NCBI RefSeq assembly: GCF_009914755.1
Contig: NC_060940.1
Length of the DNA stretch: 64,000 nt
Source of the DNA: the human T2T-CHM13v2.0 reference genome, Homo sapiens
Strand: one strand, 5' to 3'
Each line of letters opens with the position of its first letter. Position 1 is the first letter of the stretch. Below are positions 13,340-25,590 of the stretch, one piece after another. The position numbers and the translations under genes were made by a program. The notes under the pieces are model-generated. The model made no database searches. It was not told the origin of the DNA and was given only the letters and a program-made list of their open reading frames with translations.

Positions 13340-14155
13340 GGTGTTGTGGTTTACAGCAGGGGTCAGATTACCTGGGTTCAATTCCTGGCCCCGCACCACA
13401 TGTCTGTGAACACTCAGGAAAGTTTTTAACTTCCAAAGTCTCAGTTTCCTCATTTGTACCATGAGATGACAGTACCGACTTCACAGGGCTGTCTTGTAAG
13501 GACTGAATGAGCCAGTCCACACACAGGACTCAGAGCTGTGTCTGGCGCCCATGAAACACCATAGCATTACTGTTCTGTTAGCAGACCGAGAAAGGAGGTG
13601 AGAGCCGCAGTGATACTCATGAGGGATGGGAGGGCTGCCTTGGGCTGCATTTTATTGGAAAGGACTGGATGATGGCAATGGTAATGATAACAATAATAAT
13701 AACGATGGCTGCATTTTTGACCACCTGCCATGTGCCAAGCCTGGTTCTAGATGCTCTACAAGAATAATTTCTGGTCTTTAAAACATCCCTGGAAAATCAG
13801 GGTTATTGTCCCCATTTTACAGATGGGAAAATTGAGGCTGAGATGTCCAAAGACTCACAGCTAGTGTGGGGTGGAGCTGAGAAGGTTTTGTTTCACCCGC
13901 TGCGATGTTTAGCCTAGGTCTGCTGGGTGCCGTTTACCATGATCTTCTGCCATTGGCAGGAGAAGGTCATGGTTAAATGCCCAGACTTGGAAGCCAGGCT
14001 ACCCTGGGTCTGAATGCACTTCATTGTGAGATCTCAGGGTCTCGATTTTTCCCTCTGTGAAATGGGCATAATGATAGGTGCCACCTCATAGGGCTGCTGT
14101 GAGGACCAAGGAGAGACTACGTGGATAACAAAAGCCAAGTTCCTAGAACAGTCCT
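13340..14155. mobile_element. Cluster of three MIRs (+ about 13340-13570, - about 13710-13880, + about 13970-14155) upstream of exon 3
   Basis: ctcagtttcctcatttgta; ccccattttacagatgggaaaattgaggct; ctgtgaaatgggcataatgatagg...acctcatagggctgctgtgagga. Confidence 0.72.
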
Positions 14156-14507
14156 CATACACAGGCCCCCAGCCAGCCCCCACCATCCTCACTCCCAGGC
14201 CTCCAACCAGTTCATCCCATTCCCTCCCATGCCCCTAAGTCCAGCTGTGTGTGCAGTTAAAGCTCTCAAGTCAGCAGTGTCTGAAGTCACTCATATACAG
14301 CAAAGGAAGCACACGGTGCTAGTGATGTCTTGTTTTTAGGAAATCCTCCCTGACCAGCCCTTCTGTTTTGGTTTTGCACACAACAGGCTCAGCTTAGCAT
14401 ATCTTTCAGCAGGCTTGTTAGGGTCACAGGGCAGACGCTGTCTACAGAGCAGGCTTGGGGGCTCACATGCTGGCCTTGAAATGCCCTGAGATGCCGCAAG
14501 CTGATGA

Positions 14508-14672
<165 letters not shown>

Positions 14673-16329
14673 TGAAAGTGGAGAACTCATGCCTTCCAGA
14701 TGGCTCAGCTGAGGAACTTTGTTCCCCTACCTAAGAGCCCCTGGCCCTTCGTCCTCTGCTGTTCAATTCCTGTCCCCTGCAGTGCTGAAATAGCATTCTC
14801 GCCCTGGTGTTCTCAAACCCTATAGCTGTTTTCCTGCTTCAAAAGGATCATAGAACTGCTTGCTCTCAGAGTGAGGGCGACCCTGAGGGGAGTCCAGCCG
14901 GGGAGGCTGGACTTCAGGGGCTCAAGATGCTTAGTTGAAAGTAACTTCCAAAGGCTGTGCCAAGTGTAAACTTAACAGAGATTCAAAATCCTGAGCCCTA
15001 TTTCTGTAGTCTTCACTGATTTTCAGTTGTCGGATTCTGTGGCCTAATTTTCTGATTCTGGCTCTACATAGGATGGTTCAGAGCTTTCTGGCACATAAAG
15101 GGAACTTCATCTTCTTGGAGACCCAGGGGCAGATCTTCTAAGAGGGGTCCCCCAGCCACCCGAGGAGCCTGAGTTGTGCCCCATGGCTCAGGCGATGGAA
15201 ACCTTGACGTCAGGACCAGGGCGTGAAGCACGTACAGTCAGCTTCTCATTCCTGCCCTGCCTCCCTGTCTCTCCTTGTCTTCTGATCTTCTGGTTTAGAA
15301 CAAGCTTTGACAGGCCCCTGGCCCCACAGCGGGTATGGCTGGAATGACCAGTGTGTCATAAGCTGTCATCCTTACAGTAAGCTGGGGAGCCACAGGGGAT
15401 GAACAGCTGGCCCCATGCAGAGCTGGGTGCCATGTCACGTGTTGGGAGGACCCAGGGAACACTCAGGATTCCTCTCATGGCTCCAGAGGGGCTCCCCCAA
15501 CGGCCAGGGTTGGGGGCAGAAAGGCAACCCCAGATAATTACTTTCCTGGTCCCAGAGAGGGCCACTCCCCTCCTTTCCTCTGTCAGCTACTGGTCCTCTT
15601 GCTTTGTGCTGTGGGGCCAAGTCTCAGAAGCTGAGCTGAGTCTCCACGTTGGGTTGCAAAGGGGAAGAGAACTAGTGTTTACTGAGCTTCTACTGTGTGC
15701 CAGGACTGGCGTGTTTTGAGCTCCTACTGTGTGCCAGGAGCTCTGCTAGTCTCATCATGTCCATTTCACCCTCACCACAACCGCATAAGGTTGATGATTA
15801 TCGTTGTTGCCATTTTCCATACGGGAAAGATGAGGCTCAGACTGGAGTCCAAGCTCCCATCGTTAGGAAGGGGCTGAGGCAGGGCTCAGCTCGACCTTTC
15901 CAGTACCTGTATGTACTGGAAATTTCTGAATGTAGTAGAGTGGGAAGGCATAGATGTCAGCCAAGCAGGTAAGGTGGTGCACACCTGCTCGTGTGATCAG
16001 CAGGTGCTACTGAGAGCTCTGTATCCACTGGGAGAACATCTCTGATGCCTGGGTCTCTCTTTGTGCCCGGGTACGAGTGTGTCTGAAGACAGGCGGGACA
16101 TTCGTCAGCACCTACTGGGGACCGTCTGGGGGTCAGATGCCAAAGCAGTTGAGAGGGAGGACTGAGCGGTGTTGGTCACGGGGGTACCACCTCTTCCCTT
16201 CCCCATGGTGTTTTACTTGTGGGGCCTCAGAAAGTGACAGCCTTGCATTTTCTCTTAGCTCAGGACACGGCAGAATGTACTTGGAGACACACTGCCTACC
16301 CGACAGGTTGGGGGAAAAATGCCTTATTT

Positions 16330-16560
16330 AAAAGGAGGCCAAGATGAGTATCAATGAAGGCTGTCAGGTGCGGTATCCCACAAGGCTCTGTTTTCTGCCT
16401 TTCCCTGGTCCACATTTTCAACAGTGACTTACACGTGCACCTGGAAGGCAGCATTTGTGAAATCTGTGAGTATTGCACAGCTGCAAGGGGCAACCAACAT
16501 GATGGGCATAGAAATGGACTTCAGGAGGCTTTGGCTAGAAAGATGATTTAAAAGCTCGGC
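16330..16560 (+). mobile_element. L3/CR1 LINE reverse-transcriptase remnant
   Basis: Translation GIPQGSVFCLSLVHIFNSDL resembles the CR1 RT motif GVPQGSVLGPxLFNIFINDL; degenerate downstream. Confidence 0.7.
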
Positions 16561-16586
16561 CTTGAAACATTCAAATGTCAAGGATT

Positions 16587-16903
<317 letters not shown>

Positions 16904-17876
16904 TCAGACAGTTGATTGAGCAAGTCCAGAACTGGGATCACTGTGTTTCTAGCAGCTCTCATGAAGACCTGGATGTTTGCATTCAATTATGGTGGCATCC
17001 GGTTTATTTATGGTTGCTAAATTTAATCAAGCAGTTTAAAAAATTTTCAGAAAACCTAAATCAGGATGTCAAGGAACTGGCAGATGCCTGGGTGTGTGCT
17101 GGCCCACTTGCCAGGTGATCAATGGTAGTCTTTGCTCTCAGGGTGTAAGCTTTGGCTGTGTCTACAGCATGCTTCAGACACAGTGTTTCTCCTTGGACAA
17201 TTGCCCCCCAATAATTTAGGTATGCTGCCACCAGGTGGCAGTGATATTTCAGTGTTGGCAACTTGATCTCAATTCCTGTGGCTCTTTGTACCCAGTTTTG
17301 GTGATATTTGAGAAGGCATGCTCTCCTTCCTTTTAAAATGGCAAAGAAACGTAAGGTGTTTTGGAGGTACCGCCAGCTAGCCAAATTAGCTGGGAAACGT
17401 GAATTTGGATCCTGGTTCTGTGGGCAGATTCCAGAAAGTGTTCACCTAATACAGATGCAGTTACTGAGTACATGTGAGATGCCAGGGCTGGCTAGGTCAT
17501 TTCTGGTTCATTGTCGTTAAGCAGGTAATAGAACCAAGGCTCAGAGAGATCAAGTGACTTGCCTACAGTTGCCCAGCAGATTTCAATCCAGATCTGTGGG
17601 GCTGTCCTACCTCCTCCTTGATCACACCGTGCTTTTCTCTGAGATTGGGACTCCACAGCCCTCCCAGGACATAACCCCTCTGCTTCTGCTGATACAGCCA
17701 CTCTCTCTCCCCTCTTTATTTACAACCACCTATTTGAGGTTTTTCTTTTTCTTTTCCTTCCTTGTTTCTTTTCTCTTTTCTCTGTCTTTAACTGAAAAAA
17801 AAAAAAATCAGTGGAACATCAAAATTGAGGACCTTTAGAAATTCCACCACCTCAGCTTGAATTTTTTAACTCTCTT

Positions 17877-18016
17877 TTGTTTTTATTATTATACTTTAAG
17901 TTTTAGGGTACGTGTGCACAACGTGCAGGTTTGTTACATATGTATATATGTGCCATGTTGGTGTGCTGCACCCATTAACTTGTCATTTAACGTTAGGTAT
18001 ATCTCCTAATGCTATC
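17877..18016 (-). mobile_element. L1PA (primate L1) extreme 3' end, 5'-truncated, about 140 bp
   Basis: ttattattatactttaagttttagggtacgtgtgcacaacgtgcaggtttgttaca...taggtatatctcctaatgctatc is the reverse complement of the L1PA 3'UTR terminus; possible TSD ttgttttt. Confidence 0.92.
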
Positions 18017-18118
18017 TTGTTTTTGTCATTTTCTCTCCTACACCAATATACATTTGTCTCCTGTGGCTGCGGTGCACATACAGTCAGAATACGTTCTCCT
18101 GTATGTAAAGAATGCCAC

Positions 18119-18170
18119 TTCCAGCCTGGGCGAAAGTGCGAGACTCCGTCTCAAAAAAAAAAAAAAAAAA
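18119..18170 (+). mobile_element. Severely 5'-truncated young-looking Alu (about 34 nt plus A18)
   Basis: ccagcctgggcgaaagtgcgagactccgtctc followed by pure poly(A); flanked by aatgccac repeats. Confidence 0.88.
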
Positions 18171-19845
18171 TGCCACCTCCTAAATACTGTGTCCCCATTG
18201 CTTAGTTTTGATCAAGTTGGACTTGCATCTCTAGGCCATTCCCAACAGGGGCAGCATCACCCCTAATGGGACCAAAATTGGTTCCTTGACACTTAAACAA
18301 ATCTTAATGATTACAATAGTCTGTGGCCCTCCAAAGCTCGACCCTATTCAATGAAATCTTATTCTTGAGTATTTCTTCCAAAGGGAGGACAGATGAGGGA
18401 GACACTAGGGTTCCTTATGGGGACAGTCATGATAACAGGGTCGATTGACAACCGCTGCTATGGAATTGACCTCAAATTGTTTTGTGGAAGAAGGCAAATA
18501 TCCAGGTCATCTTGGTCACGCTTTTCCGTCTGGGTAACAGTGTTGTTTTTGTGGCATCAGCTCAGAACTTTGAGCTGTTCACACACGGTTGTAGCTCCCA
18601 TGTTGGAGGAGTTTGCTCGGCAATGGACACTGCATTTTGTGAATTACTTCCTCTCACTGAATAGGTTCTGTTCTTATCAACATTTGCAGATGGGGAAACC
18701 TGAGTGTAGAGAGGATAAGTCATTCGCACAAGGTTCCAAGGCCACCAAGAAGGCAAGCGGGATTAGACCCTGAACATCTTTGCCTCTTTCTCTGAGCAGC
18801 TCTGCTCTTCCTCCCAGCCCTCCCGGCCTGGCCTCTGCCATGTTGGTCTGGGAGATCTGAGGAGGCCTGGAGCCTGCAGGAGGAGGGCCAGGATCTCCCA
18901 GCCCATGGCTGCTCCACCTCCCAGCATTCGCTAGAGCAGAAGCTGCAGTCCTGAGGGCCCCTGGGGAGGCCAGCCCTGTTTGGTTTGGGTGGTTCAGCCC
19001 TTGAGGCTAATTCCCAGGGGTGTGGAAGCATTAAATAGTTATTCTGGGTTAATGAGGCTTCATTTCTGACTCAGATGTACCTCCTGGCTCATGCCCTGGC
19101 CCTCAGAGGCCAAGCCCTGTGGTGACAGGCCTGTCTGCACATGAGGCTGTGAGGGCACAGGCCTGTGTGCACACGAGGCCATGAAGGCCCAGTCTGTGGG
19201 GCAAGGCCAAGAGCGTGTTCAGGCTGTGAGGGGACCGTGTGTGTTTACAAAGCATTGAGAAGATTGGCCTGTTTCTGTGTCCAGGGTTTCAAGGTGAGAG
19301 ACCCAGGTATGCACAGCTGTGAGGGACAAGTCTGTCCATGTGAACAGGCCCAGGTGACAGGTCCAGGCTACTGGGCTGTGAGGAGACACACACCAGGCTC
19401 CTAGAGGAGCCCCGAGAAGCCAGGATGCACCTGCTATGGGAGCTGGAGCTCCTGGTGCCTCTCCACCTTCTCGCTTCCTGAGAGGGGTTCCTCAGGCCGA
19501 GGCACACTAGTCCTGGAAACCAAGATGGTTTTTCCCCAGGGGAAGTGAGGTCACTCAGAACAGCCCCAGGGGCCAAGCCCCAGAGCCGGGGACCAATGAG
19601 CAGACTGTGTGTCACAAGAAGCTGGCCTGTATTCCTGTCCCAGGGCTGCCAGGGCCAGAGGAGTGCCCTTGGCTCTGGGAAAATCCCAGCCCAGCTTTGG
19701 ATCCTTTCTGGCTGCCTGCCCTGGCCACGCTGCCTTCTTCTTGCTGGGCAGGTTTCCCAGCCCCCTAGGGTGGCCACAGCCCCTCGATCACCGCATCCAG
19801 GCCCAGGCCTCTGTCCCTCCTCTGTGGAGAAAGGTGGAAAAGAAT

Positions 19846-20945
19846 GTGGGGTGTGTGAGTGTGAGAGTGAGTGTGTGTGCGCGTGAGAATGTGTGTGTGA
19901 GAATGTGTGTAAGAGTGAATGTGTGAGTGTGTGTGAGAGCGAGAGTGACTGAGTGTGACTGTGTGTTGTGTGGGGTGACTATTTTATGAGTGTGGTGAGG
20001 TGACTGGTGTGTCTGTGTGTGGTGTGTGAGGTGACTGTTTTGAGTATGTGTGGTGACTATTTTATGAGTGTGTGTGGCGTGTGGGGTGACTATGAGTGTG
20101 TGTGGGGTGTGGGATGACTATCTTATGAGTGTGTGTATGTGTGGCATGTGGGGTGACTTTTATGAATGTGTGGGGTGACTGAGCATGTGTGTGTGTGGTG
20201 TGTGGGGTGACTATGGGTGTGCATGTGTGTGTGGTGTGTGGGTGGCTTATGAGTGTGTGAGTGGTGTGTGGGGTGACGGTGTGCGTGTGTGTGTGGTGTG
20301 TGGGTGGCTTATGAGTGTGTGTGTGTGGTGTGTGGGGTGACTATTTGTGTGTATATGTGGCATGTGGGGTCATTTGTATGAGGGTGTGTGGTGTGGGGAG
20401 ATTATTTTATGACAGTGGGTGTGGGTGTGTGTGTGGTGTGTGGAGTGACAGAGAGAGAGAGTGTGTGTGTGTGTGTGTGTGTGTGTGGGGTGCATATGGG
20501 GTGACTATTTTATGAGTGTGTGTGTGTGTCCTGTGGGGTAACTATTTTATGTGTGTGTGTGTGGCCTGTGGGGTGACTATTTTATGTGTGTGTTTGTGTA
20601 TGTGTGGTGTGTGGGGGTGACTGAGTGTGTGTGTGGCATATGGGGCGACTATTTTATGAATGTGTGTGTGTGTGGCCTGTAGGGTGACTGTTTTATGAGT
20701 ATGTGTACATGGCATGTGAGGTGACTGTTTTATGTGTGTGTTTGTGTATGTGTGGTGTGTGGGGGTGACTGTGAGAGTGTGTGTGTGGTGTGTGTGTGGC
20801 ATATGGGCCAACTATTTTATGAATGTGTGTGTGTGTGGCCTGTAGGGTGACTATTTTATGAGTGTGTGTGTGTGGCATGTGGGATGACTGTTTTGTGTGT
20901 GTGTGAGTGTGTGTGTGGCCTGTGGGGATACTATGAGTATGCTGG
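19846..20945 (+). repeat. Complex (TG)-derived tandem array, about 1.1 kb
   Basis: Recurring module tggggtgactattttatgagtgtgtgtg. Confidence 0.97.
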
Positions 20946-22525
20946 TTTGGAGTGTGTTTCTTTGGGCCTCAGTTTTCTCCTCTGTGGAATGGGGATGATC
21001 ATGGCGTCTCGTCACTGGGCCGTGTGAGGATCGAAGGCTGTGTTGTTTGTGCAGCAGGCAGAAGGGATCCTGGTAGGAGCCCACGCGTGGGAGCCTCTCA
21101 TGCGCCATCATCAGTGTCTCCAAGTGGGTCCGACATGGTGGGAGCAGCTGGCTCGGCCTGTCTCCCTGGCAGCCCCTTCCAGCCTCCACAGGTGGTCCCG
21201 GCTGACTCATGGCCTGGGAGGGCTAGGGTGGGTGGGAAGCCTGCCCTCGAGACTGTCTCTGCCCGGCTCTGGCCACGGAGTGTCCCCTGTGTCCAGCACT
21301 ATGTGCCCCTGTGCTCCTCTGAGTCCGGAAACAGTTCTGTGGGGTCCACATCCCTCCCCCATCTCATAGCAGAGGGGACTGAGCGTCCAAGTGGATAAAG
21401 GATGAGGATAAAGGACCGTGCCAAAGCCAGATGCCTCCCAGCGAGGGTCACAATCTCGCTTCCACCTCATGAGTGGCTGCGGCGCCTCGGGAATGAGTCT
21501 GTTCCATGTTCTGTGTTGGGAGCTGGCGCTGGGGGACCACAACCCTCAAAGTCCCCAGCACCAAGGCAAAGTGCCTGGGGCTCAGAGAGGGGAAGCCCAC
21601 CTGACGGGAAGCTGAGGGCAGGGCCTGGGTCATCTCCCCACTGGCTGCACCCTCAGGAGGGCGGGATCCATCACCCTCATCCCCATGCAGGGGAAAGGCC
21701 CAGGGGACCAGGTCAGAATGACACAGAGCCCTTGAGCTGATGCCTCCCCTGACCCCTCACTGAGGGCCATGCTAGAAGGGGGGATCCCTACAAAAGGGGA
21801 AATCCTGAGGCTCTGGACCGGGCCTCCAGTAGGGGCTGTCACCCCTGGCTCTGACCTTGCTCCCGGAGCCCACCTCCCCTGGGTCGCCTCCTGGTCATGG
21901 GAGCCTCCCTGGGGAAGAGCCACTCCTAGTGTCCTAGAGATGTGGCCCCAGGCGCTTTCTCCACCAGGCTGCAAATCCCTTCCCAAGCTCACATCCCCCA
22001 AGTCGTCATCCAGCCCAAGCCGAGCCCCCAGTTGCACCCCAAGGCCTTAGCACAAGGCTGCAGCTGGTCCTCGAGCCATGATGGACACTTAACTCCTGTC
22101 CCATGCATGTGCCAGTGCCTCACTTACTCACCTTGGTGAATCCTTACAGCCCTGAGGAGGTGCCTGTTCCTCGTCTTCTCCCTTTTTACTGATGTGGAAA
22201 CTGAGGCTGAGGTTAAATCACTCACTCAAGGTCACACAGCTGTTCAATGGCTTAGATGGGATTTGAACAGAAGTCTGAGTGAGTCCAGAACCTGGGACTT
22301 CAGCCACCGGGAGTGTGGCTCCCAACTGTACATGCATGCATGTACACAGACACACGCTACCCAGACACTTCTCACACCTGATGTGCACTTGGGAGCAGTG
22401 CCCCGGCTCCCACCTGTTCTCGTGGCACATCTGGGTAGAGCCTGGGTGTTGCTGGTGCCTGAGGCTTGCGTGAGAGCTTTCCACTTTTCCCTAAGTCTCC
22501 CATCACCACTAGGGTTATGTGAATT

Positions 22526-22803
22526 GGCTGCGCGTGATGGCTCATACCTGTAATCCCAGCACTTTCGGAGGCCGAGGCGGGAGGATCACTTGAGGTCAGG
22601 AGTTCGAGACCAGCCTGGCCAACATGGGGAAACCCTGTCTCTACTAAAAATACAAAAATTAGCTGGGCGTGGTGGCTCAGGCCTATAGTCCCAGCTACTC
22701 AGGAGGCTGAAGCATGAGAATCGCTTGAACCCGGGAGGCGGAGGTTGCAGTGAGCCGAGATGGTGCCACTATACTCCAGCCTGGGTGACAGAGTGAAACT
22801 GTG

Positions 22804-22835
<32 letters not shown>
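22526..22835 (+). mobile_element. AluS, full length
   Basis: Dimeric Alu; long A tail; TSD atgtgaatt. Confidence 0.94.
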
Positions 22836-22837
<2 letters not shown>

Positions 22838-25159
22838 TAATGTGAATTGACGTCTGACTAGGCAGGCCCCTGTTTCTCACGCAGAAGGGCTGATTGCCTC
22901 ATCCTGTCTTGCACGTCATCAGCACAGCCGCTGTCAGACCACCTCTCCCAGGCCCGGTGTCACACTCAGGACTGACCCGCTTCCACATCTTCCCCAAACA
23001 CACTGGTCGCTGTGTCCCCTGACTTTAAACTTGAGGTTTGGAAGCCCAGATCTGGCCTTGCACCTGACTCCCTCACTCTATACAGTGACCCTCCGAGGTG
23101 GCTCCTGGCTGGGCCTGTCCCCTCTAGCCCAGCTCATCCCTTGGTCTTGAGGGAAGACGTTGCCCTTGAACCCCACCCCACCTCCGTTTGCCCGTCTAAC
23201 CCCGTCTTGGCCACCTTCCTCCCTCTCTGTCTCCTTTTCGACCTTTTTACGATCACTTCAAGGTCAGCACCCCCAGCTCCTGCCAGTTATGACCTTGCAG
23301 TTCTCCTCCGAGGCTGCGTCCATCTTCACGCAGCCATTTTAGCAGCTGTGGCCAGGCACATGGACAGTCCTGTGAGCCTCGCCAAGGCATGGCAGCTCAG
23401 ACATCCCAGTGCCGTGCCACAGCGCCCAAGGGAGGCTTCCTAATGGCTGCAGAATCGTCCGTGAAGAGGCTGGGGCCATTTACCAAAGGCCTCTGCTGTG
23501 GTTGCCCTTCGGGTCGTTCCCAGCTTTCCTCAATTATAGATAACGCAGCCATGACCGTCGTGTATCTCAGCTTTCGCTTTATTTGAGTTACTTGTTTAGG
23601 GCAGATTTCTAGAAGTGGTTACTGGGCCAGAGAGGAGGGGTATTTTTAGGTGGCTCTCACCACCTATTACCTATTTGCTCCCAAAATAATACTTTCTGCA
23701 GCGCTTCAGGGCCAGACTGCCCAGGTTCCAACCCTGATCCACTTCCTGCTGGCTGTGTGACCCTGGACCAGTTGCTTTCGTCTCTGGGCCTCTTGAGTCA
23801 AATGAAACCAAGCTCACCAGTTTCTTACGGGGATTAAATGGGTTCACAGCTGTTCAATATTTAGAATAGCACCTGCCATGTGGTACCCACTCAGAACATT
23901 CATTCTTCTTCTCTGATCTACAAGGACACAGAGGAAAACAGGCTCTTGGTGTCGGAGGATGCTAGGAGACGGGGCTGCAGAAGACGGAGGCACATGTGTG
24001 GCACGCAGGCCACCGACTCATGAGCCCAGGGCGGGCATCACCCATCAGCCACCGCATGCTTTGCCCTGAGGCAGAGCTCTTCTCAACATAGCCCCTGCCT
24101 GGCCACCCAGTTGACAGAGGCAGTGACAGTGTCCCCCGTCCTGCTTGAGTGACCGCCCAGGCCCATGGGGCGAGTGCTCCTGGAGGCCGGGTCAGTGCCA
24201 CTGGCTCTGGCTGTGCCTCCGTGGGGTTTTCTCACAGAAGCTTCTGTGGAACTTCCAGGCAGGCACCGTGGGTCCATTCTTGGAGGGTCCTACCCTCCGA
24301 GAAGGAAGGCAGAATGGTGGGGAGGCAAGGATGGGCGGGAGTCGGCCTTGATCCCCTTCCAGGCCCAGCCACCTGCCTGCTTCATCCAGGTTGAAAAGGC
24401 AGGAATTCTATCCAGATTAATTTCTGGCACTCAGTCAAAGAGGGCTTTGTGACCTCTTAAGAGGGGATCAAAGGGATTCAGTGGAGAACTGTGAAAGGAG
24501 GGGCTTTCCCCAGAGGCAGGGGGCCCAGCCCACTCCAAGACTGCAGGAGGGGCCCTCAGTGGGAGGTGCAGCTGGTGAGTCCAGCCTGGCAGCCTCTTTG
24601 TGCACGTGTTCAATCCAAATGGGAAACCTTTTGGGGCCAGGCTGCCAGTCCCCCGCGAGGGCCACAGTCTCCAGCATCTCCCAGCCACAGCCCAAGCCCC
24701 ACAGTGGGTCATCAGGGACCCCATAACTAGTAACCAGGGCTGCTTCAGGGATTGAAACTAACAAGTGGCAGAGGGCCGGGAGCATTGGGAAAGAGAGCTC
24801 ATGTCTCGCAGGCTTTCGTTACAGTAGAGGGAGAGAAAAACAATTACTAGGCACCTACTAGGGTCGGGAGCTCTGCTGGGGACTTCTCAAAATTTGGTTA
24901 GGCCTGTCTTGAAGCAGGAGCTGAGGAAGCAGAGAGGCACGTCCAGGATCACACAGCTAGAGACAGGCAGGGCTGTGAATTGAACCCAGGGGACAGGAGG
25001 AGGATGGGCCTTTTGGCCTCTTCCGTTGGAGCCCACAGAGCTGCCACTTTGCCCAGCTGGAGCTATCTTTGGAAGAGACACAGGACGTTTTCGAAATAAA
25101 CTTCTCATTGAAGGAGAAAATACATCTAGAAAAGGGTACAAATCAAAAAGAGTTACCAT

Positions 25160-25590
25160 TCACCTGGGCCCCTCCTCCCCACCATGGGCAGCCACTGCTA
25201 TCCTGACTTCTAGCAGCACAGGTGAGCTTTGCATATACTTGAACTTTATCTAAATGGACTCAGACACCCTGAACTCTTTTGAGACTGGCTTCTTATGATT
25301 TGTCTGTGTTGTGTGTAGCAGCAGTTTGTCTATTCACTTTGCTGGGTGGTGTTCTGTTGTCTGGTTAGACTCTGTTAACTTGTTCATTCTGTGGATAGGT
25401 CTTTCCAGTTTGGGGCTGTTACGAATAGACCATTGTAAACACTCTAGTGTACGTCTTTTGGTGAACGTGTGTCCACAGTCCTGTTGCGTATATGCCTGGG
25501 AGCTGAATTATCATTCGTTGATGCTGCCCTGCAGTTTTGCAAAGTGGTTGCACCAGTGTATACTTGCACCAGCAGTGTGCAAGAGCCCTA
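25160..25590 (-). mobile_element. Old L1ME-like fragment
   Basis: gcagccactgctatcctgacttcta...ctggcttctt...tttccagtttggggct...aaagtggttgcaccag. Confidence 0.6.

Noticed and set aside
15675-15739. Tandem duplication of about 36 bp
   Set aside because: A small duplication inside a MIR remnant with no sign of function.
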